A DNA stretch of 64,000 nucleotides, from positions 9,658 through 73,657 of the forward strand of contig CANHHX010000003.1 in the NCBI GenBank assembly GCA_947461125.1, in the 5' to 3' direction. This DNA comes from Bacteroidota bacterium. Lineage in GTDB: Bacteria; Bacteroidota; Bacteroidia; Chitinophagales; Chitinophagaceae. Position 1 is the first letter of the stretch, and each line of letters starts with the position of its first letter. Below the pieces are notes generated by a model. The model saw only the letters and a program-made list of their open reading frames with translations. It had not been told where the DNA came from and did not search any database. Of the stretch, positions 50,820 to 59,558 are shown in pieces. The translations under genes were made by a program, and so were the position numbers.

Positions 50820-51245
50820 TTAATTTGATGTTGGATCGTCGTTGTCAGGATTTGTTACCTTCACAGATGGATCGGTATTTTCGTTTGCCTTTTTTTCAGC
50901 ATTGATTTGCTTGAAAATTTCTTCCATCTTAAACACATAATCTAGGGTGTCATCATGGTAAAAATGCAATACCGGAATACGTCTAAACTGATGCTTTACC
51001 CTATCGGCTAGCTCTTTTTTGATCTCCCAAGCCCTAGATTCTATCACTTTCATCACTTCTTTAGGGTCTGGTACCTGAAATATGCTGAGGTAAATACGGG
51101 CCTCCAAAAGGTCGGGCGTTACTTTTACGGATGAGATGGAAACCATGCCACCGGCTATCATAGAAAGGTTTAGCCTTCTAAATATTTCATTCATTTCTTC
51201 TTGAATAGCACCAGCTACCTGACGTTGACGTTTACCTTCCTCCAT
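50820..51245 (-). CDS. rbfA: Ribosome-binding factor A
   Basis: VKVTPDLLEARIYLS, RRIPVLHFYHDDTLDY. Confidence 0.93.
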   Translation of the reverse strand: MEEGKRQRQVAGAIQEEMNEIFRRLNLSMIAGGMVSISSVKVTPDLLEARIYLSIFQVPDPKEVMKVIESRAWEIKKELADRVKHQFRRIPVLHFYHDDTLDYVFKMEEIFKQINAEKKANENTDPSVKVTNPDNDDPTSN

Positions 51246-51309
51246 GTTCTTTGCGTTTAATTGGCTGTAAAATTAGTTACTTTGCCTTGTTTTAACGATT
51301 TTATCATTT

Positions 51310-53139
51310 ATGAAGCGTTTTTCACGAATTCTGTTTTACCTCCGGACCCAAAAAAGGAATATTGCCCTCTATGTGGTATTTAACCTCCTGGCCATCCTGT
51401 TTTCGCTGGTTTCGCTAGCTATGTTGGCCCCTTTTTTGCAGCTTTTATTTGGTACCGAAAAACTCATCACAGCTAAACCTGTTATGGAGGGGGCCAGCCT
51501 ATCTGCGGGGACTATTTTAAACTACCTCAAATATTTTATTTCTAGAATCATTATTGAACAAGGAACCGTGTATGCACTGGGCGCCATTTGCGGCATTATT
51601 ATAACGGCTATCTTCTTTAAAAACCTATTTACTTATTTGTCTTTTAGGGTGTTAGCGCCTATGCGCAATTATGTAATGACAACACTTCGTTCCGATTTGT
51701 ATAAAAAATTACTAGACCTTCCGATTGGCTATTTTACCGAACAACGCAAAGGTGATATTATCAGTAGAATGAGTAACGATGCCAACGAAATTGAATGGAG
51801 TGTAATGAGTACCCTAGAAGGACTTATTAAAGACCCGCTTAATATTTTAATCATTTTAATTTTCTTAGTTTTTCTAAGCCCGGTATTGTCGTTGTTTTTA
51901 CTCGTGCTACTTCCGGTAACAGGTTTTGTGATTGGACGCCTGAGCAGAAGTTTAAAAAAACAATCTACGAGCTCGCAAGAAAAATTAGGAACCCTATTAT
52001 CCATATTAGATGAAACCCTTGGGGGACTAAGGGTTATCAAGGCTTTCAATGCCGAAAAAATATTGTTGCAAAAGTTTTTAGACAACAATAATGCACTGAA
52101 TCATATCCGCAATAAAATGAATTTTAGAAAAGATTTGGCGTCACCGATGTCCGAATTTTTAGGGGTGATTGTACTGTCTTGCATCTTATGGTTTGGCGGA
52201 AGACTGGTATTAAATAACCAAGCAGGTTTAGGGCCAGAAAGTTTTATCACTTATATTTTATTTTTTACGCAAATCATTAATCCTGCAAAATCTTTATCCA
52301 GTTCTTTTTACAATGCGCAAAGAGGCAGTGCTGCTATTGAAAGGATTGAAGAAATATTAAAAGCGCCTGTTGCCATAGAAGACAAGCCCAATGCAAGAGT
52401 TTTAGAAAACTTTGAGCGCCGCATCGAATTTAAAAATGTAAGTTTCTCTTACGACGATACCACCATTTTAAAAAATATCAACCTTGTTATTGAAAAAGGA
52501 AAAACGGTGGCGCTTGTTGGATCATCTGGTGCCGGCAAAAGTACCTTAGCAGATTTAATTCCACGTTTTCATGACGTAACAGAAGGTGAGGTTTTAATTG
52601 ATGGCATTAATATCAAAGAGTATAGTTTACAAAGTGTGAGGGCTGCCATGGGTATTGTAACACAGGAGCCTATTTTATTCAATGATAGCATTGCGCAAAA
52701 TATAGCTTTAGGCGTCCAAACAGCAAGCCCAGCAGCCATTACAGCCGCCGCTACGGTAGCCAACGCCGCTGCTTTTATAAATAGCAAAGAAGATGGATAC
52801 GACGCAAATATTGGTGACAGGGGTAGTAAACTAAGTGGCGGTGAACGTCAGCGCATCACTATTGCAAGAGCTATTTTAAAAAATCCGCCCATCTTAATTT
52901 TAGATGAAGCCACTTCATCACTTGATACAGAAAGTGAAAGACTGGTACAAGACGCGATCAATAAAATGATGCAAAACAGAACCTCCATTGTTATTGCGCA
53001 CCGCCTTTCTACCATCCGTCACGCCGATGAAATTATTGTGTTGCAAAAAGGAGAAATTGCAGAACGTGGTACACACGATGAATTACTTGCAAAAGGCGGG
53101 ATGTACAAAAAGCTTATTGATATGCAGGAAGTAAAATAA
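51310..53139 (+). CDS. ABC transporter, fused permease/ATPase (MsbA-like)
   Basis: TM domain; GSSGAGKS, LSGGERQR, ILDEATSSLD, IAHRLST. Confidence 0.93.
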   Translation: MKRFSRILFYLRTQKRNIALYVVFNLLAILFSLVSLAMLAPFLQLLFGTEKLITAKPVMEGASLSAGTILNYLKYFISRIIIEQGTVYALGAICGIIITAIFFKNLFTYLSFRVLAPMRNYVMTTLRSDLYKKLLDLPIGYFTEQRKGDIISRMSNDANEIEWSVMSTLEGLIKDPLNILIILIFLVFLSPVLSLFLLVLLPVTGFVIGRLSRSLKKQSTSSQEKLGTLLSILDETLGGLRVIKAFNAEKILLQKFLDNNNALNHIRNKMNFRKDLASPMSEFLGVIVLSCILWFGGRLVLNNQAGLGPESFITYILFFTQIINPAKSLSSSFYNAQRGSAAIERIEEILKAPVAIEDKPNARVLENFERRIEFKNVSFSYDDTTILKNINLVIEKGKTVALVGSSGAGKSTLADLIPRFHDVTEGEVLIDGINIKEYSLQSVRAAMGIVTQEPILFNDSIAQNIALGVQTASPAAITAAATVANAAAFINSKEDGYDANIGDRGSKLSGGERQRITIARAILKNPPILILDEATSSLDTESERLVQDAINKMMQNRTSIVIAHRLSTIRHADEIIVLQKGEIAERGTHDELLAKGGMYKKLIDMQEVK

Positions 53140-53160
53140 TGAAACTGAAAAGTTTAGCAA

Positions 53161-53193
53161 ATAAGAAAGGCCGCAAATTGCGGCCTTTCTTAT
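53161..53193. terminator. Bidirectional intrinsic terminator
   Basis: Perfect inverted repeat ATAAGAAAGGCCGCAA-A-TTGCGGCCTTTCTTAT between convergent genes. Confidence 0.9.
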
Positions 53194-53212
53194 GATAGAT
53201 CAAGATCTACAA

Positions 53213-54415
53213 TTATTGTTGATCAGGACTTGGTTTTACAAGACCTAATTTAGCTTCTAAGCTAAGTGTAGCATGTGGTACAGCGCGTAAACGTGCTTTG
53301 TCAATTAACTTGCCAGTTACTCTACAAATACCATATGTTTTGCTTTCAATACGCATGATTGCTTTTTCAAGATGGTCGATGTAGGTAATTTGACGGCTAG
53401 CCATTTGAGACAACTGCTCTCTTTCCATGCTAACACTACCATCTTCCATGGTCATGTAACGCGCATCATCATTGTCACCACCCATTTCGTCTTTACGGGT
53501 AATTAAACCTTGGAGATACACAAGCTCTTTTTTAGCAGCTTCTAATTTTTTATTGATGAGCTCACGAAACTCGTTAAGTTCGGCGTCGCTGTATTTAACA
53601 AGTGTTTGATTACTCTTCGTCACAATTTGCACTCTTTTTTCTAATGGTGTATATCCAGGACTGTACGGTACGCTAGACTTTGTATTTGTCTTTGGCAATT
53701 TTACATCCTTAATAGGTTCTAATGGTTTTCTTACTGGCTTTTTAGGGGGCGCAGGCGGCAATTTCACTTCCGGCTTTTTAGGCATCGGAGGAAGTGGCGC
53801 TGGTTTTGCTTTTACCACTGGCGCAGGTGCTATTTTAGGAACCGGCTTACTTGGTAATACTACTTTGCCACCGGGTCTTACTGGTGCAGTTTTTACAATT
53901 ACTTTTGCAGGAGGTGCTTTAACCGCTGCAACTTTTGCAGGCTTTGCAGCTTTTACAGGAGCAGCTGGCTTTGCAGCAGGTGTAACTTTCGCAGGAGCTG
54001 CTTTCACTGGTGCCGCTTTTTTAACAGGCGCTGCTGATTTTGCAGGAGCTGCTTTAACCGGTGCCGCTTTTTTAACAGGCGCTGCTGGTTTTTTAGCTGG
54101 TGCTGCTACTTTTGCTGGGGCCGCTTTCACAGGAGCCGCTTTTTTTGCAGGTACTGCTACTTTTTTAGCTGGTGCTACTGGTTTTTTGGCTGGTGCTGCT
54201 GGTTTTTTTGCTGGAGCTACTGGTTTAGCAGGCGCTGCCTTTTTTGCAGGTGCCGCTTTTTTAGCAGGTGCTGCTGGTTTTGCAGGTGCTGCTTTTTTTA
54301 CAGGTGCAGCTACTTTTTTAGCAGGTGCTGCTTTTTTGGCCGGAGCCGCCTTTTTTGCGGGAGCTGCTACTTTTTTAGCAGGTGCTGCTTTTGGGGCTGG
54401 TTTCTTTGTAGCCAT
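53213..54415 (-). CDS. TraR/DksA-family transcription factor with long N-terminal Lys/Ala/Pro-rich (histone H1-like) region
   Basis: C-terminal YSDAELNEFRELI...EREQLSQMASRQ..IDHLEKAIMRIE.KTYGICRVTGKLIDKARLRAVPHATLS is the Bacteroidota DksA type; N-terminus is PAKKAA repeats. Confidence 0.9.
   Translation of the reverse strand: MATKKPAPKAAPAKKVAAPAKKAAPAKKAAPAKKVAAPVKKAAPAKPAAPAKKAAPAKKAAPAKPVAPAKKPAAPAKKPVAPAKKVAVPAKKAAPVKAAPAKVAAPAKKPAAPVKKAAPVKAAPAKSAAPVKKAAPVKAAPAKVTPAAKPAAPVKAAKPAKVAAVKAPPAKVIVKTAPVRPGGKVVLPSKPVPKIAPAPVVKAKPAPLPPMPKKPEVKLPPAPPKKPVRKPLEPIKDVKLPKTNTKSSVPYSPGYTPLEKRVQIVTKSNQTLVKYSDAELNEFRELINKKLEAAKKELVYLQGLITRKDEMGGDNDDARYMTMEDGSVSMEREQLSQMASRQITYIDHLEKAIMRIESKTYGICRVTGKLIDKARLRAVPHATLSLEAKLGLVKPSPDQQ
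53900..54410 (-). repeat. Degenerate 15-21 nt coding repeats (PAKKAA/PVKAA)
   Basis: About a dozen PAKK units plus PVKK, PAKP and PVKA variants. Confidence 0.9.
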
Positions 54416-54425
54416 ATGCGTGTTG

Positions 54426-57400
54426 TTATGCTTGTTTAGTTATTGAAACTTTTAGCAAATTATCATTTACGTCGAGTTCAGTTGCGTTGGCAACCTCGTC
54501 TACCCAATTGATGGAATCAGCTAAAATTTCGCGGCAAATATAGTCGTTATATTTAACAATCGACTCCTTAAGCCTGTCGCAATGCTCAAGGGTCACGAAT
54601 ATACGGTCTGTAAGGGCAAAACCGCTTTCTTTTCTAATATTTTGTACACGGTTTACGAACTCTCTTGCGTCCCCTTCCTGCTGTAAATCTGGGGATATTG
54701 TGATGTCGAGGGCTACAGTAAGGCTGCCTTTGCTCGCCACACTCCAACCTGGAATATCCTCGGCGGTAATGTCAACCTCGGTTAATGCAATGCTAAGTTC
54801 TTCACCTTCAATAGATAAGAGAATTTCACCCGTTTTTTCGAGGGTGGCAATTTGAGCTCCGGTCATAGCGGTGATGGCCGCGCCAGCCGCTTTCATTTTG
54901 GCACCCATTTTGGTACCAAGGGCCTTAAAGTTGGGTTTTATCTTTTTCTTAATAATCCCCTCCGTTTCGGTCAAATATTCAATTTCTTTAACATTTACCT
55001 CTGCCGTAATCAAATCCTGAATTAAAACCAGCTGATCCTGCATGGCAGGGTCTAGCACCGGAATGAGTATTTTTTGAAGTGGCTGACGCACTTTAATGTT
55101 TACTTTTTTACGAAGGCTTAATACCAACGAGCATACATCCTGTGCTAATTGCATTCTTTCTTCGAGTGCAGCATCAATGAATGAATCATTTGCTACCGGG
55201 AAATTAGCGTGGTGGATAGACGCCACCTGATGCTTACCCGTTACACTATTGAGGTTTGAAAAAACAGCATCGCTAAAAAACGGAGCAATAGGTGCCGTTA
55301 ATTGTATCACTGTTTCTAGACACTCGTATAAAGTTTGGTAGGCACTAATTTTATCCTGTTCATATTCACCTTTCCAAAATCTTCTTCTACAAAGTCTCAC
55401 ATACCAGTTACTCAGTTGCTCATCAACAAAAGACTCAATGGCTCTACCGGCAACGGTTGGCTCATAATCATCCATTGCCGCAGTTACTTTTTTAACAAGT
55501 GAATGTAAACTTGATAAAATCCAACGGTCAATTTCTGGACGCTCCGAAAGAGGCACTGGTGGCTCCGAAAAAGAGAAACCATCCACATTTGCATAGAGCG
55601 CAAAAAATTGATAGGTATTATAGAGTGTACCAAAAAATTTACGCTGTACTTCTTGAATACCCGCTATATCAAATTTTAAATTATCCCAAGGAGACGCATT
55701 GGTTACAAGGTACCAACGGGTTGCGTCGGCGCCATATTTTTCGATGGTTTCAAAAGGATTAACAACGTTCCCTAAACGCTTACTCATTTTGTTGCCATTT
55801 TTATCTAGCACCAATCCATTACTCACCACTGTCTTATATGCAACGCTATCAAAAAGCATTACACCAATAGCATGCAGGGTATAAAACCATCCACGCGTTT
55901 GGTCCACGCCTTCACAAATAAAATCGGCAGGAAAAGCTTGGCCCTTATCTACTAGGTCTTTGTTTTCAAATGGATAATGCCACTGCGCGTATGGCATCGC
56001 ACCACTATCAAACCATACATCAATTAAATCTGAAACGCGGTGCATGGGTTTACCCGACGCACTCACTAAAATAATATCATCCACAAATGGCTTGTGTAAA
56101 TCAAGTATACCGCCATGAAGATAATTTTGATTGACGCTACCACCAAGTACTTCATTTGCTTTTTTGATACCTGCGTTTAATTCCTCCACAGAACCAATAC
56201 AAACTTCTTCGGTACCGTCCTCTGTACGCCATACTGGAAGCGGCGTTCCCCAATACCTACTTCTGCTCAAATTCCAGTCTACCATGTTTTCAAGCCAGTT
56301 ACCAAAACGGCCTTCACCTGTAGATTTAGGTTTCCAATTGATGGTTTTATTGAGTTCCACCATACGGTCTTTAACAGCCGTTGTTTTAATAAACCAAGCA
56401 TCCAATGGATAGTATAAAATCGGCTTGTCTGTTCTCCAACAATGCGGATAACTATGTTCGTATTTTTCTACTTTAAACGCGCGGTTTTCTTTTTTGAGTT
56501 TTACGCAAATGTCAACGTTCACATCAACATAGTTAGGATCGTCTTTGTAGTTTTTTACATAGCGGTTACTAAATTCACCAACACCCTCTACAAATTTTCC
56601 TTCTCTATCTACAAGCGTTAAAATACCAATATTATTTTTTTGTCCAACACGGTAATCGTCTGCACCAAATGCAGGAGCAGTATGTACAATACCTGTTCCA
56701 TCCTCTGTAGTTACAAAATCACCTACTAAAATTCTAAATGGTTTTGCACCAGGTGTAATTGTATCAATGGCCTCCATGCTATTAGCATCAGAAGGCATGA
56801 GTTGTTCATACTGTGCACCTTCAATATCTGACCCTTTAAAATTGGCCACTATTTTCCAAGGCAATAATTTTTGCTCTGCATTATAATTTTCAAAATCTCC
56901 ATTTTCACCTTCTGGCTTAAAAAGCTTTGATAGCAATGCTTTGGCAAGCACAACATGCACAGGCAAATGGGTATAAGGGTTAAATGTTTTAACTAGTACA
57001 TATTCGATATTAGGTCCAACGGTTAATCCTAAATTAGAAGGAAGTGTCCAAGGCGTAGTTGTCCATGCTAAATAATACACTTCGTTATCACCCACTGCGT
57101 CTAGTAAAAATTTATTTTTTGCGTCGGTGGCTAGTGCCTTAAACATCGCAACAGCAGACGTATCTTTTACATCTTTGTACGTGCCCGGTTGGTTTAATTC
57201 GTGTGAACTTAAACCCGTTCCTGCAGCAGGTGAATAAGGTTGAATACTTACACTTTCATACAAGTATCCTTTTTTATACAACTCACTTAAAATCCACCAA
57301 AGTGTTTCAATATAATCATTTTCAAAAGTGATATACGGAGCATTTAAATCTACCCAGTAACCCATTTTAGTAGTAATCTCATCCCACTTGTCTTTGTAAC

Positions 57401-57782
57401 GAAGCACGGCTTCTCTACATTTTTGGTTGTATTCTTCTACTGTAATTTTTTTGCCAATATCTTCTTTGGTGATGCCTAACTCTTTTTCAACTCCAAGTTC
57501 TACCGGAAGTCCGTGCGTATCCCAACCACCTTTTCTTTTTACCTGAAAACCCTGCATGGTTTTATATCTACAAACCATATCTTTTAAAGTTCTAGAAATA
57601 ACGTGGTGAATACCTGGCATTCCATTAGCACTAGGCGGACCCTCATAAAATACAAAAGGAGTGTTACCTTCACGTAAACGCACACTTTGTTCAAACGCCT
57701 CTTCTTCTTTCCATTTAGCTAAAATTGATTGCTCAATGCTAGGCAGATGAAGGCCCTGGAATTCTGGATATTTTACACGCAT
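54426..57782 (-). CDS. ileS: Isoleucine--tRNA ligase (type 2)
   Basis: EGPPSANG.PGIHH, GWDTHGLP, WTTTPWTLP, DWNLSRSRYWGTP, EGVDQTRGWF, KMSKR; no C-terminal zinc finger. Confidence 0.97.
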   Translation of the reverse strand: MRVKYPEFQGLHLPSIEQSILAKWKEEEAFEQSVRLREGNTPFVFYEGPPSANGMPGIHHVISRTLKDMVCRYKTMQGFQVKRKGGWDTHGLPVELGVEKELGITKEDIGKKITVEEYNQKCREAVLRYKDKWDEITTKMGYWVDLNAPYITFENDYIETLWWILSELYKKGYLYESVSIQPYSPAAGTGLSSHELNQPGTYKDVKDTSAVAMFKALATDAKNKFLLDAVGDNEVYYLAWTTTPWTLPSNLGLTVGPNIEYVLVKTFNPYTHLPVHVVLAKALLSKLFKPEGENGDFENYNAEQKLLPWKIVANFKGSDIEGAQYEQLMPSDANSMEAIDTITPGAKPFRILVGDFVTTEDGTGIVHTAPAFGADDYRVGQKNNIGILTLVDREGKFVEGVGEFSNRYVKNYKDDPNYVDVNVDICVKLKKENRAFKVEKYEHSYPHCWRTDKPILYYPLDAWFIKTTAVKDRMVELNKTINWKPKSTGEGRFGNWLENMVDWNLSRSRYWGTPLPVWRTEDGTEEVCIGSVEELNAGIKKANEVLGGSVNQNYLHGGILDLHKPFVDDIILVSASGKPMHRVSDLIDVWFDSGAMPYAQWHYPFENKDLVDKGQAFPADFICEGVDQTRGWFYTLHAIGVMLFDSVAYKTVVSNGLVLDKNGNKMSKRLGNVVNPFETIEKYGADATRWYLVTNASPWDNLKFDIAGIQEVQRKFFGTLYNTYQFFALYANVDGFSFSEPPVPLSERPEIDRWILSSLHSLVKKVTAAMDDYEPTVAGRAIESFVDEQLSNWYVRLCRRRFWKGEYEQDKISAYQTLYECLETVIQLTAPIAPFFSDAVFSNLNSVTGKHQVASIHHANFPVANDSFIDAALEERMQLAQDVCSLVLSLRKKVNIKVRQPLQKILIPVLDPAMQDQLVLIQDLITAEVNVKEIEYLTETEGIIKKKIKPNFKALGTKMGAKMKAAGAAITAMTGAQIATLEKTGEILLSIEGEELSIALTEVDITAEDIPGWSVASKGSLTVALDITISPDLQQEGDAREFVNRVQNIRKESGFALTDRIFVTLEHCDRLKESIVKYNDYICREILADSINWVDEVANATELDVNDNLLKVSITKQA

Positions 57783-57876
57783 ACCTTTGTGGGTTAATCG
57801 GTTCTGTAATGCAATTACAGCCCTGTTTTTAAGGCTGCAAAGGTAATAAATATAAGCAAGGACTTACCTTTACCCT

Positions 57877-58869
57877 ATGAAAATTGCCTTTTTTTCTACC
57901 CAGCCCTACGACATCCCATTTTTCGAGTCTGCAAATCAAGCATTTGGACATGAATTGGTGTTTTTTACACAGGCCTTAGAGCCAGCCACCGCAGGTTTAG
58001 CGGCGGACGCCCAGGCAGTTTGCTTGTTTGTCAATGATCAGGCTTCAGAAGCGAGTATAGCGGCACTTGCAAAGCTTGGTGTTAGCACCATTGCTCTAAG
58101 GTGTGCTGGGTTTAACAATATTAGCCTCGATGCTGCTAAAAAGGCTGGCATGAGGGTATGTAGGGTAGGCGCCTATTCACCAGAAGCGGTGGCGGAGCAT
58201 GCGACTGCTCTTTTATTAACCCTTACCAGAAAAACACATAAAGCCTATAACCGCGTGAGGGAGCAAAATTTTGCATTAACAGGACTACTCGGATTTAACC
58301 TGCATGGCAAAAAAGTAGGGGTAATTGGTACCGGAAATATTGGCCAAGCATTTTGTAAAATCATGCTTGGTTTTGGATGCGAGGTAACCGCTTTTGACCT
58401 TATCGCCAACAAAGACATGGAAGCGCTTGGCGTAAAGTACGCACCACTCATTGAGGTGTTAGCATCTGATATTATTTCATTACACTGCCCACTTAATGAA
58501 CAAACAAAACATATTATAAATGCCGAAACAATTAGCTACTTAAAAAAAGGAGTGACGCTGATTAATACCGGAAGAGGTGGACTACTAGATACCAAGGCGG
58601 TTATTGATGCGCTCAAAAACGGAACTATTGGTGCGCTTGGATTAGATGTATATGAACAGGAAGAAAAATTGTTTTTTAAGGACTTATCAAGCACCATAAT
58701 TCAGGACGATACCATTCAACGGTTAATGAGTTTTTCAAACGTACTCATAACGGGACATCAAGGATTTTTTACTAGGGAAGCCATGGAAAAAATAGCCCAC
58801 ACCACACTTGAAAATATTTCGAACTTAGAAAAGAATTTACCCCTAGCTTCGGGCAATATTGTTGTCTGA
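57877..58869 (+). CDS. ldhA: D-2-hydroxyacid (D-lactate) dehydrogenase
   Basis: LRCAGFNN, YSPEAVAE, GTGNIG, SLHCPL, INTGRG, LDVYEQE, TGHQGF. Confidence 0.88.
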   Translation: MKIAFFSTQPYDIPFFESANQAFGHELVFFTQALEPATAGLAADAQAVCLFVNDQASEASIAALAKLGVSTIALRCAGFNNISLDAAKKAGMRVCRVGAYSPEAVAEHATALLLTLTRKTHKAYNRVREQNFALTGLLGFNLHGKKVGVIGTGNIGQAFCKIMLGFGCEVTAFDLIANKDMEALGVKYAPLIEVLASDIISLHCPLNEQTKHIINAETISYLKKGVTLINTGRGGLLDTKAVIDALKNGTIGALGLDVYEQEEKLFFKDLSSTIIQDDTIQRLMSFSNVLITGHQGFFTREAMEKIAHTTLENISNLEKNLPLASGNIVV

Positions 58870-59520
58870 ACTGGAATCAGAAGTACTACTTGAACTGCTT
58901 TCTGGCAAAGGATTTACAAAAAATTTGTTTTGAAAAATTAGGAGTATAAAAACGCCAAGTGAAATAGATGCGTCCGCTACATTAAAGACGGGTCTAAAAA
59001 ATTCAAAACTTTCACCGCCCCATATTGGAAACCAAGACGGGAAATGTCCATCTGTAATGATGGGGAAATAAAACATATCTACGACCCTTCCATGAAATAA
59101 AGAAGCATAGCCACCTGCTGCCGGAAATAAATGCGCTACATTTTGCGCAAAATAATCGCTTTGCTCAAAAATTAATCCGTAAAATAAACTATCAATTAAA
59201 TTACCAAGTGCGCCAGCGTATATCATTGCTGCACAAATAATAAACCCTTTGTGCATGCCCTTGCGTAAAAAATCACGGAGTAAAAAACTACCCCAAATAA
59301 CAGCGCCAAGTCTAAACAAAGTAAGCGCTACTTTACCAAAATCACCACCAAATTTCCATCCCCAAGCCATGCCCTCATTTTCTACAAAATGAAGTCTAAA
59401 CCAAGTGCCCACAACAAGATGCTCTTCGCCAATATAATAGTTGAGTTTGATATAAAATTTAAGTGCCTGGTCTATAAATAAGATGGCAATTATAATTCCA
59501 ATAAGATGTTTTGCTTTCAC
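58843..59520 (-). CDS. lspA: Lipoprotein signal peptidase II
   Basis: DQALK, ENEGMAWG, GALGNLID, VVDM, FNVAD. Confidence 0.95.
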   Translation of the reverse strand: MKAKHLIGIIIAILFIDQALKFYIKLNYYIGEEHLVVGTWFRLHFVENEGMAWGWKFGGDFGKVALTLFRLGAVIWGSFLLRDFLRKGMHKGFIICAAMIYAGALGNLIDSLFYGLIFEQSDYFAQNVAHLFPAAGGYASLFHGRVVDMFYFPIITDGHFPSWFPIWGGESFEFFRPVFNVADASISLGVFILLIFQNKFFVNPLPESSSSSTSDSSSDNNIARS

Positions 59521-59558
59521 TGTTGTAGCTTTTTATTAAACTAGATCAAAGATAAGAT

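Noticed and set aside
53865-54446. 193-aa plus-strand ORF of GAAFLA repeats
   Set aside because: Antisense shadow of the PAKKAA repeats in the DksA gene; the repeat codons lack stops on the opposite strand.
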